From a virus: a stretch of 64,000 nt of DNA. The stretch lies in IMG/VR virus record IMGVR_UViG_3300045988_109391; one strand, written 5' to 3'. Under the pieces are notes generated by a model that was not told the origin of the DNA, ran no database searches, and saw nothing but the letters and a program-made list of their open reading frames with translations. The stretch's first letter is position 1. Each line of letters opens with the position of its first letter. Of this stretch, positions 19,670-29,952 are shown one piece after another. A program made the position numbers and the translations under genes.

Positions 19670-20599
19670 ATGTTTGATTTAAGTTTATCTAGTAAAATAA
19701 ATTCAAATAATCAAAGAAGATATATAATGGAACAAACTAAAGATTTAAGACCAGAGATAAATTATAATGCATTTTACTTTGGTATAGTAGTTAACTCAAA
19801 CGACCCAGAAAGATTGGGTAGAGTTAAAGTAAGAATACCTTGTTTACATGGTACAGTTCCATATGAAGCAATCTACTTGTCAGATGATGACCTACCTTGG
19901 GCAAGGTCCGGAATATTTAATGCTGCTGGCAATGATATGGGTCAATTTATAGTTCCTCCAAAAGGAGCTAGAGTATTTGTTACTTTTGAGTATAATAACT
20001 CTAGTAACCCAATATACTTTGGAGGAATACCTACAAAAATAGGAAAGACTAAAGATTACAATGATAATCCTAATATATATGATGGAAAAAATGTAGAAGT
20101 AAATACTGACGACTACATCACAGATTTAGATAACACTGCGATGCAAGTATTATATAAATCTTTAAAGGGTTCTACTATATTAATAAACGATAAAGATGGC
20201 CAAGAAAGTATTAAAATAATTGATGCTTCTGGACAAATAATAGAAATGAAGAATGACACAGGAAATACTTTAGATAGAAGAGGTAATAAAGAATTGACTG
20301 GAACCTCTGGCTCTTCTATAAATATAAAAACAGAAGGAACTATCAATTTAGACTCTAATTCATTAAAGCATAATGGAGAAGAAATTGGAACTGCTACTGG
20401 AGATGATAAGACATTTTTCTATGTGCAATCAACCCCAGCTAAAGAATGGGAAATTACTCATAGTCTAAATAAATACCCTTCTGTAACTATAATAGATAGT
20501 GCTAATACAAAAGTGGAAGGAGAAGTAGAATACGTTTCTATGAATAAAGTTAAAGTTAAGTTTTCTGTAGCCTTCTCTGGAAAAGCTACACTTAACTAA
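19670..20599 (+). CDS. baseplate central spike / gpV-gp5 OB-fold protein
   Basis: GGAGG RBS before ATG 19670; GIVVNSNDPERLGRVKVRIPCLHG matches the gpV/VgrG/gp5 N-terminal signature. Confidence 0.65.
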   Translation: MFDLSLSSKINSNNQRRYIMEQTKDLRPEINYNAFYFGIVVNSNDPERLGRVKVRIPCLHGTVPYEAIYLSDDDLPWARSGIFNAAGNDMGQFIVPPKGARVFVTFEYNNSSNPIYFGGIPTKIGKTKDYNDNPNIYDGKNVEVNTDDYITDLDNTAMQVLYKSLKGSTILINDKDGQESIKIIDASGQIIEMKNDTGNTLDRRGNKELTGTSGSSINIKTEGTINLDSNSLKHNGEEIGTATGDDKTFFYVQSTPAKEWEITHSLNKYPSVTIIDSANTKVEGEVEYVSMNKVKVKFSVAFSGKATLN

Positions 20600-20632
20600 A
20601 AAATATAAATTATATTAAGAGGAGGAACTCAA

Positions 20633-21709
20633 ATGGCAATACCATTCTTAAATAACATAGATTTAGTAAAAAATCAACTTTTAAATGCCGTATTCCAAAA
20701 CTTAGCTGTAGCTCCATCAAATCCAGTTGAAGGACAGTTTTACTATAATACAACTGACAAAAAAATGTTTTATTATAATGGAACAGCCTGGGTAGATACT
20801 ACTTATTTGTTACCTATCGCAAGTGCAACTGTACTTGGAGGAGTAAAAGTAGGTTCTGGATTAGCTATTGATGGAAATGGAGTCTTATCAGCTACTGGAA
20901 CAGATGTAGATATTATAAATAACTTAACTAGCGACAGAGCAGATGCTGCGTTAGCTGCTGCTCAAGGTAAAATTTTAAAGGGACTAATAGATGCTTTACA
21001 AGCCACAATTGATGGACTAGGAACAGCTTCTACTAAAGACGTTGGTACAGCTGCTGGAAATGTTCCAGTTCTAGGTAGCGATGGAAAGTTAAATACAAGT
21101 ATACTTCCAGCTATTGCACTAGTAGATACATTTGTTGTAGATAGTGAAGCAGCAATGTTAGCTTTAAATGCACAACAAGGAGATGTAGCAGTAAGAACTG
21201 ATGTCAACAAAACATTCATATTATCACAATCACCAGCTAGTACATTAGCTAACTGGGTAGAATTATTATTTCCTTGTTCAGTAACTAGTGTAAACGGGAA
21301 GACTGGAGTAGTAGTTTTAACCGGAGATGACATCAATGTTACTGTTGATGGCAAGACGGATAATTTAAACAGTGTACTTACAGAATTTTTTCAAACTTTA
21401 GTTCAAATTTATGAATATACTAATCAAGTGCTTTGCGGAAAAATAAACATTACTTCTAATAAAGTATACAGTGTTGAATCTATCCCTGATAAGGCAGAGG
21501 ATGCTAATTTTAAATATACTACTTACATAGATAGTATTGAAACTTATGTAGATATTCCAGATTACGATAATCTTGGAAGAAGAGTAGAAGTAGACTGGGA
21601 AATTACACATGGAGATGGAACTATAGTAAAGTTTTACATTGGTAATACTACTTATACGAGTTTAAAATATGTTATAAAATATCATTATCAAAGAAGTTCA
21701 AAAACATAG
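20633..21709 (+). CDS. tail fibre protein (short)
   Basis: 358 aa; its N-terminal ~55 aa are paralogous to the N-terminus of 21722..25360. Confidence 0.65.
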   Translation: MAIPFLNNIDLVKNQLLNAVFQNLAVAPSNPVEGQFYYNTTDKKMFYYNGTAWVDTTYLLPIASATVLGGVKVGSGLAIDGNGVLSATGTDVDIINNLTSDRADAALAAAQGKILKGLIDALQATIDGLGTASTKDVGTAAGNVPVLGSDGKLNTSILPAIALVDTFVVDSEAAMLALNAQQGDVAVRTDVNKTFILSQSPASTLANWVELLFPCSVTSVNGKTGVVVLTGDDINVTVDGKTDNLNSVLTEFFQTLVQIYEYTNQVLCGKINITSNKVYSVESIPDKAEDANFKYTTYIDSIETYVDIPDYDNLGRRVEVDWEITHGDGTIVKFYIGNTTYTSLKYVIKYHYQRSSKT

Positions 21710-21721
21710 GAGGATGCTAAA

Positions 21722-24700
21722 ATGGCAATACCTTTCATAAATAATATAGATTTAAGTCAAAACGAAATACAAAATGCTGTATGGCATAAATTAAGCAATG
21801 CTCCTTCTAGTCCTAAAGAAGGACAGTACTATTATGATACAAATAGTAAAAGATTAAAATATTATAATGGAACAGCTTGGATTACAGTTGGAGAATATGC
21901 TGATAAACTAACTACAGCTAGAAATATCACTTTTACGGGAGACACCATAGGTTCATTTTCTTTTGATGGTTCTAGTAATAAAACTGTATCTTTAGAAGTA
22001 GTAAATGATAGCCATAAGCATAGCGCAGCTACTATCAATAGAGTAGCTGGTTTCAATTCAGCTGGTTATATTCCAGAACTATATATGCCTAAGATAGACA
22101 CTGCTAGAGCAAATAGAATGGCTTTTACTCCAGCTAATAATGTTAAAATAGAATATTCTATAGATGGAGGAACTACTTGGACTGATTATGGAGCTACAGA
22201 AACTGCAATCAGAGAACTTTTTGCAATGAATAGAAATTCGTCGTTTAGTGTAGGAGGACCAGCTAAAGAGAACGTAACTACTAATATGCAGACTAGAATA
22301 ACTATAATTGGTTCAGATAGATACACTACGTCAGAACAATTTTATATTTGGTTTAGCACTGCTGGACACACTTGTAAATTAGATATAGAACGTGCTACTA
22401 ATGGAAATAAAGAGACTTTCATTAAAGTGAAAGACAACCTTCAGCTGTCTGGCTGGTCTGGTCCTAATATAATAGATTTAGAAAATACAAACTATGGAGG
22501 AACTTCATCTTCTTTTACTTATGCATTTAGACTTACTTTTAAAATAACAGCTGTAAATAACACATATGCTACTAGTAAACCAGTGTTCTATGATATTAGA
22601 TTATATGGAGCTAATGTATGGACAAAACCATCAAATAACAATATGATGTTCAATGACCATTTATACACTTGGGATTATAGACAAAGTGCTACTTTTCCGG
22701 CTTCGATAATTGTAAGAGAGTCTTTATATGGACAAAGCATATATATACGAGGTTCTAACAGTGATAATTGGACACGCTATTGGTCATCTGACGCTGCAAA
22801 TAATATGTATGCTTCTATTAACGGAAAAGTACCTTTAGTAATAACTGATGGAGAAGTGAGGTCCGGTATATCATACACTGGAACTATTAACTTAGGTTCT
22901 AACACTGCCAAGTGGAATAACGTATATGCAAATACATATCACGGAGCTTTAAGCGGAAATGCTAGTACAGCTACTAAACTAGCAACTGCTAGAAATTTAC
23001 AAATAGGAAATACTGCTAAAGCATTTGATGGAAGTGCAAATGTTGCCTGGACATGGGACGAGATGGGAGTCTCAAGAGTAAAAAAACTTAATAATACAGA
23101 GGCAAATTATACTAACTTTGTAATTCCATTGTGCTCATTAGACAACTCAAGTGTTTCTGCAAATTTTTATTTCTGTGGAACAATTTATCTAAAAAGAAAC
23201 AATATACTATCTAGCTTTATGACTAAGATAGATTGCGTTTGTGGAAAGCAATATAATTCTTCTGAACCAAAATATATAATTGAAGTTAGCGGAGGAACTT
23301 CTCACATAAGTGCAGTTACTTTTAACTACAACTCAAAGAAGTATTTTGGAATTATGGCAACTATACAGAGCTTATCATATGCTGGATTTAATAGTGTAGT
23401 TGGATTTGCACAAGATTGGACTATAATTGATGGAATAAAAGTATACAATAATAATACTAAAACGGTAATAAACGAAGAAATATATAATAGCTTAGTTACA
23501 ATGCCTACTACAAATGGTATGCCTCATCAATTTTATGGAGACGTATATGCAGATAGCTTTAGAGGTATATCTACTAAAGCTCAGTCATTATTTTATGGAG
23601 TAACTGCTGGAAATGCTACTACTCAAACTGCTACTATAAGCGGAATTAAAAAATACTACAGCGGGCTAACTGTAGTACTAAGAATGGGTTATAAAACTAA
23701 TGCTTCTTCAACTATAAATATAAATGGATTGGGAGCAGTTCCAATTTATTATGGAAATACAAGTAGAAGTAGCTATTATTTTGCTAACTATACTTATATG
23801 TTTGTTTATGATACTAGTAAAGCTACTCCAGGATTTGTTGGAATATGTAGCTTTTATTCAGACTCTATAGGTAAATCTCTTGGTCCTGCGGGTAGTATCA
23901 AAGCTTTAAATGCTATAGATGTAGGCAATATAATTTGCGGTACTAAGAATGGCTATTCTAATTTAAACTCAGGAGCTGGATTTGATATTAGTTACCCTAT
24001 AATGTGGGCAGCTTCATCTATACCAGCTGGTTCTATTGGTTATAATGTTTGGACTCAATATTTGTTTCAAATAAAAAATACTCAAGCGTTAACGATGGTA
24101 TCATATCAAGCAGTTTATATTAAAGGTAATCTAGATGGAAGTATTTTTACTCCAGCTTCTACAGCACCATTAACTCAAGCCATACCTACTACTGAAGATG
24201 ACTATGATTATATCTATTTAGGTTATGCTTACACAGCAGCAGGGTTACAGCTAATGCCGGAGCATCCAATATTTAGATTTTCAAATGGAAAATTTAGACT
24301 TAGAGCAGAAGCAGTATCTGGCTCAGCTCCAATAGAGACAGTAACTTCATTACCTGCTATAACTGCTGAGACTAGAAATAAATTATATAGGTATAATGGA
24401 CATATTTACTATGTAGATAGCGTATCTACTTGGAGAAATATACAGGTTGGAGATAACTTATCTGGAGCACATATAAGAGCAGACTATCCAAAAGAAGACG
24501 AAGACGTCTCTGGAGTTTTAGACGGTTTTTGGTTAGATGCAAATACTACAGCTCAAACTAACATAAATTATATAGTGACTAGTACAGGTCAAAATATAGT
24601 ATATTGGAGAGGTGGTCCTAATGAAACTCATGATTATCTAGATGCTAACACTAGATTATATGAAATGAGTGGAGGAACTTGCTTTACTAATTTATTGGCT

Positions 24701-25360
24701 AATGAATACACTCTTCCAACTAATTACGGAAAAGTTACAAGTATAACTAGTACTACAAGTAATCTATATAAGTTATTATATATAGAAGACTCTGGAATAG
24801 AAAAATGGGTAAGACTAGAAAATGAAGTTGCAGTACAAAACACTACACCAGAAAATGGAGAAGTTTTGTGGATAGAGGATGAAGACATAGAACCAGTAGA
24901 TGTAAAAATTGCAAAAGATATAATTACATTCTCAAAAAATAATAACCAGAGTCTTGTTAAAGATAAATTAGTAGTATTAGAGCTTAATGAAGTGACTGCA
25001 CAAACCGGAAACAAACTAAGTATAAGCAATTATGGAGTAAAGATAGGCAAAGGTGTTTCTAAAATTAAAGTGAGTGGTATTGCATGGATTGAGCCCGGAC
25101 TTAGTGAAAATAATTCAGGCTATAGATGGTTACGAATATTGAAAAATGGTAATACATACAAAGATGCTGTTGCTATGGCAATGTTACCAGAAGCAGCTGG
25201 AGCATGGGGTTCACCTTCAATTCCTCCAGTGTTAGTAGATGTTAAAGAAGGAGACTCAATATTTATGGCAGCAACGGTATCTGTTGCTGGTTATTGTAAC
25301 GCAGGAGCCCATGGAAAAGCTTCTACATATCTAACAGTAGAAGTCGTAGAATATTCATAG
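21722..25360 (+). CDS. tail fibre protein (long, 1212 aa)
   Basis: MAIPFINNIDLSQNEIQNAVWHKLSNAPSSPKEGQYYYDTNSKRLKYYNGTAWI shared with the upstream fibre; large size; S/T/N/G-rich. Confidence 0.7.
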   Translation: MAIPFINNIDLSQNEIQNAVWHKLSNAPSSPKEGQYYYDTNSKRLKYYNGTAWITVGEYADKLTTARNITFTGDTIGSFSFDGSSNKTVSLEVVNDSHKHSAATINRVAGFNSAGYIPELYMPKIDTARANRMAFTPANNVKIEYSIDGGTTWTDYGATETAIRELFAMNRNSSFSVGGPAKENVTTNMQTRITIIGSDRYTTSEQFYIWFSTAGHTCKLDIERATNGNKETFIKVKDNLQLSGWSGPNIIDLENTNYGGTSSSFTYAFRLTFKITAVNNTYATSKPVFYDIRLYGANVWTKPSNNNMMFNDHLYTWDYRQSATFPASIIVRESLYGQSIYIRGSNSDNWTRYWSSDAANNMYASINGKVPLVITDGEVRSGISYTGTINLGSNTAKWNNVYANTYHGALSGNASTATKLATARNLQIGNTAKAFDGSANVAWTWDEMGVSRVKKLNNTEANYTNFVIPLCSLDNSSVSANFYFCGTIYLKRNNILSSFMTKIDCVCGKQYNSSEPKYIIEVSGGTSHISAVTFNYNSKKYFGIMATIQSLSYAGFNSVVGFAQDWTIIDGIKVYNNNTKTVINEEIYNSLVTMPTTNGMPHQFYGDVYADSFRGISTKAQSLFYGVTAGNATTQTATISGIKKYYSGLTVVLRMGYKTNASSTININGLGAVPIYYGNTSRSSYYFANYTYMFVYDTSKATPGFVGICSFYSDSIGKSLGPAGSIKALNAIDVGNIICGTKNGYSNLNSGAGFDISYPIMWAASSIPAGSIGYNVWTQYLFQIKNTQALTMVSYQAVYIKGNLDGSIFTPASTAPLTQAIPTTEDDYDYIYLGYAYTAAGLQLMPEHPIFRFSNGKFRLRAEAVSGSAPIETVTSLPAITAETRNKLYRYNGHIYYVDSVSTWRNIQVGDNLSGAHIRADYPKEDEDVSGVLDGFWLDANTTAQTNINYIVTSTGQNIVYWRGGPNETHDYLDANTRLYEMSGGTCFTNLLANEYTLPTNYGKVTSITSTTSNLYKLLYIEDSGIEKWVRLENEVAVQNTTPENGEVLWIEDEDIEPVDVKIAKDIITFSKNNNQSLVKDKLVVLELNEVTAQTGNKLSISNYGVKIGKGVSKIKVSGIAWIEPGLSENNSGYRWLRILKNGNTYKDAVAMAMLPEAAGAWGSPSIPPVLVDVKEGDSIFMAATVSVAGYCNAGAHGKASTYLTVEVVEYS

Positions 25361-25374
25361 AGGAGTGATTTTTA

Positions 25375-26542
25375 TTGAAAGTTTTGAAAGATGGAGAATA
25401 CAAAGAAATAAAATTTAAAAACTACCGGAGTTGAAATGACACCTATTGGTTCTATAATATATTGGCCTTCGCAGTTAATGCCAACTGGGTATTTATTATG
25501 TGATGGTAGAGAAGTTGCAATAAATGATTACCCAGAGCTATACACTGCTATAGGTAATATTGGCGGAGACGATGTAGCATCTGGTAATTTCAGATTGCCT
25601 GATATGAGAGGAGTAGTAGCTGGTGGTTATCATTCTGGATTACCTAACTCTAACCCGTTGCATGGTAACTTCGGTGACCAAGTAGGAAATCCTACACACA
25701 CCTTGACCAGAGCTCAATTGCCAAAAGAAAGACTTAAAGTTTTAGATGGAAGGTATTTACCAGATAGAGAAGTTCAAGTAAAAAGTTTTTCTTCATCTGG
25801 CTCAGATTGGCCTGGAATATCATTAAATGATGGAAACACTTCTAGTTATCTTACTACAGATTACTTAGGAAGCGGTCAAGCTCACTCAAATGTACAACCG
25901 ACAAAGCTATATAACTGGGTTATTAAAGCTAAGAATGTAACTCAGCTTGGAGGTACAGTGTCTAATGATTTTGAAATAAAAGGAAAATTAATAATGCCAG
26001 AAGGTAAATGGGTGTCTGCAGGTGGGGCAATAGACATGAGAAACTCAGATATAGTAAATACTAACAGCATATGTATGAGTGATGAAGCAGATAGTGCTAG
26101 TGAAGGAATACTATTTTTAAAACAAGGTGCTACTTCTGGTAGCGGTTTATATACAGACTATGAATGTTTAAGGGGTTATAGAGGTAAACTATATTACAAT
26201 GAAAACCCAGTAGTAGAAAGCGGCACTAATTCTAATGGAAAATGGACAAAATGGATGGATGGAACTATGATATGCTATAAGCACATAAACTTTGGAGATG
26301 TAGCTATTACTAAAGCATGGGGTTCATTTTATGAAACCGCAAGTGACTATAGCTGTGGTAATTACCCTCAGGCATTTGTAGAGACACCATGTATATCAAT
26401 AATGCCGCTAAATACATGTTTTGTTGAAAAAAAAGGAAACGTTACTGCTACATCTTGGGGTAGCTTTTGGGCTTGTAGACCCGCTTCATACGATTCTTTT
26501 AGTTTAGTAGTTGATTGTATAGCAATAGGAAGATGGAAATAA
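25375..26542 (+). CDS. tail-collar-domain fibre protein, 388 aa with a +1 shift at CGG 25426
   Basis: AGGAG RBS then TTG 25375. (M)KVLKDGEYKEIKFKNY|GVEMTPIGSIIYWPSQLMPTGYLLCDGREV...YPELYTAIG is the phage tail-collar motif. Confidence 0.6.
25426..25428 (+). other. in-frame CGG, inferred +1 recoding site
   Basis: aac tac [c]gga gtt gaa atg; the 0-frame stop (tga) follows 2 codons later. Weakest case, because ATG 25436 could be an independent start. Confidence 0.5.
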
Positions 26543-26669
26543 AGATATATTAGCTAAAAATAAAAATGATTCTAGTGTCATTCTCGTTATACGAATTTAT
26601 AAAATTTAGTAATAAATAGCTAATAATATATTATAATAGGACAGAATAATAATATTAGGAGGTGCTAAA

Positions 26670-27056
26670 ATGGCACTTACAGATTTAGGAAAAACATGGT
26701 ATGACCCACTTCAAGTAAAAAGTGTCATACTTCCAGACGTAGCTAATATTCAAAGTAGATATGATAATAAAGCTCAAATGAAATTATTGAATGAAGATGT
26801 TATAATTAGAAATTTAAGAATGAAAGATATATATGTAGCTTCTGCAGAGTCAGATAGCATACACACTATAGAAGCTGGAGAAGAGTACAGACCAGATGTA
26901 GTTGCTTATAATGTTTATAGAAATCCTTTGCTAGGATGGGTTATTTTATCAGCAAATAATATGAAAAGTATTTTTGAATTTAAAGCTGGATTGATGATAA
27001 GAATACCTTCTATAGACAATATTTATTCGTCTGGTGGAGTTTTATCTAATAGTTAG
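26670..27056 (+). CDS. LysM/tail-protein-X-like baseplate protein
   Basis: 128 aa; HTIEAGEEYRPDVVAYNVYRNPLLGWVILSANNM...GLMIRIPS resembles a LysM-type fold pattern. Confidence 0.45.
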   Translation: MALTDLGKTWYDPLQVKSVILPDVANIQSRYDNKAQMKLLNEDVIIRNLRMKDIYVASAESDSIHTIEAGEEYRPDVVAYNVYRNPLLGWVILSANNMKSIFEFKAGLMIRIPSIDNIYSSGGVLSNS

Positions 27057-27067
27057 GAGGTAGCAGA

Positions 27068-27466
27068 ATGGCGAATGTAAATGTTTATGGAGCAATAGGC
27101 TCAGGATGCTGCCCTAGCCTATTTACAGATAGAGGAGGATGGAGATTAAAAACTCAACTAAATAAACTAGAAGAAGATATTAGGATGCTTTTGATGACTT
27201 CAAAAGGAACATTGATAGGAGACCCTTCTTATGGGTCAGATTTATACAGAATAATTTATTATGGAAATACATCAGCTACTGCTTCTAGAATTAGGTATGA
27301 AATAGCTGACTGCTTAGCAGAACACTATCCTCAAGTAAAAATAATTAGTGTAGATGTAGAATTTAATGATAATTCGGTAATTATGAACATTCACTATAAT
27401 ATAGATTATTCAAATGTAAGCTCAAATATGATGCTTGAATTTATTAAAAATGAAGGAGGAAACTAA
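27068..27466 (+). CDS. baseplate wedge protein, gp25/GPW-like
   Basis: 132 aa; LLMTSKGTLIGDPSYGSDLYRII is typical of the GPW_gp25 family; precedes the J-like gene. Confidence 0.65.
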   Translation: MANVNVYGAIGSGCCPSLFTDRGGWRLKTQLNKLEEDIRMLLMTSKGTLIGDPSYGSDLYRIIYYGNTSATASRIRYEIADCLAEHYPQVKIISVDVEFNDNSVIMNIHYNIDYSNVSSNMMLEFIKNEGGN

Positions 27467-27468
27467 TA

Positions 27469-29529
27469 ATGCCAGAAGATTATATAGAAATTACACCTCA
27501 AGATTTGTCTAGTGTTTTATCAGTTTTAGATTACTTATATAATTGGGCAGTAAGCAAAAAAGATACTAATGCTGAAAAAGTAGTTTTAGAGTTACAAAAA
27601 CAATTTGAAAAAGTATTTGACCCTGCTGAGTCTGATAAAATAAGACTTCCATATAATAGAAAAGATTATTACAATATATTAGAATATTTAAAACTACAGG
27701 CTGAGCAATTATCAGAGGGTAAGTGGAATGATTTTACTGACTCTGATTTAGGAACAGTATTCTTAAGGCTATTATCTTATTTAGCTGATATGGAAAACTA
27801 CCAAATAGATAAATCTATTGCAGAGTTATATCTTTCTACTTGTAGAGAAAGAGCATCTGCCTTATTACTCTGTAGATTAATTGGTTATGAGCCAAGACAT
27901 TATATGTCAGCAGAAACTGATATTTATCTTGGAGTTACTAATAATGATAAAGGAGAACCCAATGATATTCCAAATGGAACTATAATTCCAAAGGGTTCAG
28001 TATTTACTACAGAAGATAATACTAGAAACTATACTACTTTAGAAGACGCAGTTTATATTGACAACCAAGCTATAGTACATGCTTATGAAGGTAGCTTAAA
28101 GCTATTACAATATAAACTAGAAAATATTACAGAACTAGGAAGATTAATATTACCAGATTATGCCATTGCTTTTAATACCGTTCAATTATCTATAAATAAT
28201 GAACAATATACTAGAGTAGAAAATGTAGCAGTAAATACTGGAGACTTAGCTTTCTCAGTTCATTGTTCAGAAGACCAATATATCTATATGCAATTACCTT
28301 CATTCTGGACAGATATAATAACTACGTCTAGCATTATAAGTGTAAGTTATTGCATTAGTTCAGGAGAATTAGGAAGAGTTGGAAAAGATAAAATAACAAA
28401 TATTACTTCTATAGATAGTTCTGAAAAAACAAAAATGATAATAGTAGGAAATACTACTTCTATAGAAGGCTATAATCCAGAAACTATAGATGAGATAAAA
28501 ATATCAGCTCCTATAAAAGCTAGAACTATGGACACTATAGTTACTTGTAAAGATTTTGAAGAATTAGGCGGATTAATAGATGGAATAGCTTATGTTAAAG
28601 CTTTAGATTATAATGACCCTGCTTCTGGCTTAGTACAACCTACTCCAGGTCCAGGAGGTTATGTGAATGACGCTTATAAAGTAAATATGTACGTATTACC
28701 AGACACTACTCCATATGATATAAAAAATGCAGAAAATAATAAGTATAGAAATACTATAATCAAAGAAAGAGAGGACTGGGTTTGGACTGATATGGGGCAT
28801 GTAGCTGAACAAGTTCAATACTTTGCTAAAGCTAGTATAGCTGGAAATCAAATTACTATAGCTGAAGAAGCTACTTCTTATAATAAAATAAATGATATTA
28901 TACTAGGGGTAGATACTTTATCTGAAATAACCTCTTACTTGCCAGAGTTATCTGACACAGTTCCTGGAACTACAGAAAAATTTACTTACAATATAAGAAT
29001 TTCTGGTGAAGACATAATTATAACTTTATGTACTAACTGGAGAGATTTCTTAACTAAAGACACTGATAAACTAGCAGTATTTTTCAAGAGAGAACAAGTG
29101 CTTACTGATGCTGGTCAACAGCTAAGAGACTATGTAGACCATAGAAGATTAGCTTCACTTTGGTTAACTTATTATGATATTACAGTATATCAACCTACAG
29201 TAGAAATTTCTGTCTATATGGACTCTAAAAATATAGAATTTAACACTATAGCTAGTCAAGTACAAGATTTAGTATTATATAATTTTAGTAGAAAATTCTT
29301 AAAACCGGGAGACTCTCTGTTTGCTAGTAAAGTTGGTGCAGACATCTTAGATAATTTTGATTTTATAAAATTTGTAGATGTTCATATCGGAGATTATGAA
29401 CCTAGATATAATGGAGTATTTGAAGTAGCTCCAAATGAGTTTATAGATTTAATTCCTCCTAATGTGATAGTAGAAGCTTATGACTATCAATATATTAAGA
29501 AACCAGTAGAACATACTGAAAAGCCATAA
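27469..29529 (+). CDS. baseplate J-like / gp6-like wedge protein
   Basis: 686 aa immediately after the gp25-like gene; conserved gene order. Confidence 0.55.
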   Translation: MPEDYIEITPQDLSSVLSVLDYLYNWAVSKKDTNAEKVVLELQKQFEKVFDPAESDKIRLPYNRKDYYNILEYLKLQAEQLSEGKWNDFTDSDLGTVFLRLLSYLADMENYQIDKSIAELYLSTCRERASALLLCRLIGYEPRHYMSAETDIYLGVTNNDKGEPNDIPNGTIIPKGSVFTTEDNTRNYTTLEDAVYIDNQAIVHAYEGSLKLLQYKLENITELGRLILPDYAIAFNTVQLSINNEQYTRVENVAVNTGDLAFSVHCSEDQYIYMQLPSFWTDIITTSSIISVSYCISSGELGRVGKDKITNITSIDSSEKTKMIIVGNTTSIEGYNPETIDEIKISAPIKARTMDTIVTCKDFEELGGLIDGIAYVKALDYNDPASGLVQPTPGPGGYVNDAYKVNMYVLPDTTPYDIKNAENNKYRNTIIKEREDWVWTDMGHVAEQVQYFAKASIAGNQITIAEEATSYNKINDIILGVDTLSEITSYLPELSDTVPGTTEKFTYNIRISGEDIIITLCTNWRDFLTKDTDKLAVFFKREQVLTDAGQQLRDYVDHRRLASLWLTYYDITVYQPTVEISVYMDSKNIEFNTIASQVQDLVLYNFSRKFLKPGDSLFASKVGADILDNFDFIKFVDVHIGDYEPRYNGVFEVAPNEFIDLIPPNVIVEAYDYQYIKKPVEHTEKP

Positions 29530-29564
29530 AGTTTAAATTAATTAAAAGTATTTTGGAGTATTTT

Positions 29565-29595
29565 AGAAAGCTGTGTAAAAGCAGCTTTCTTTTTG
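29565..29595 (+). terminator. rho-independent terminator ending the late structural block
   Basis: 9-bp stem AGAAAGCTG/CAGCTTTCT followed by TTTT. Confidence 0.8.
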
Positions 29596-29597
29596 TA

Positions 29598-29610
29598 TGC
29601 ATAATATATT
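29598..29610 (+). promoter_or_regulatory. TGCATAATATATT promoter-like box
   Basis: Exact repeat of the 11861 and 54588 boxes. Confidence 0.45.
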
Positions 29611-29888
29611 TTGAAGAAGTAGTAATGCTACTTCTGTTTGTGATGCATGATGCCCGCTCTTTTATTATTTTATTTTTCTTTTGATTTTTATTAAATCTAT
29701 CGATGAGCTTTGCTCATCTTCTCTAAAGCTTTAACTAAACTAAAAAAGAATGGAAACATAATTAAGTTACAAATTTTGTAACACATTATATTAACATATT
29801 CTATATAGTTTTATTTATATATTATATTAGTAGTATATTATAATATTACGCGCGCACGTATAAAAATTTAGAAAATTTAGAAAAAGTA

Positions 29889-29917
29889 TTTACAAAATTT
29901 CTAACATAATATATAAT
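29889..29917 (+). promoter_or_regulatory. sigma-A/sigma-70 consensus-type promoter
   Basis: TTTACA, 17-nt spacer, TATAAT; about 35 nt upstream of ATG 29953. Confidence 0.55.
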
Positions 29918-29952
29918 AATTATAGTAGTTTATAAGAGAGGAGATGTCATAG

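Noticed and set aside
20962-21354. Antisense track ORFs. This 130-aa one is an example. Others on the - strand include 1179..1385, 3203..3412, 13180..13458, 17847..18149, 24724..25029 and 59447..59743.
   Set aside because: All lie inside strongly supported + strand genes, lack RBS-like sequences, and have the low-complexity composition expected from reading AT-rich coding DNA backwards. No - strand gene is supported anywhere in the window.
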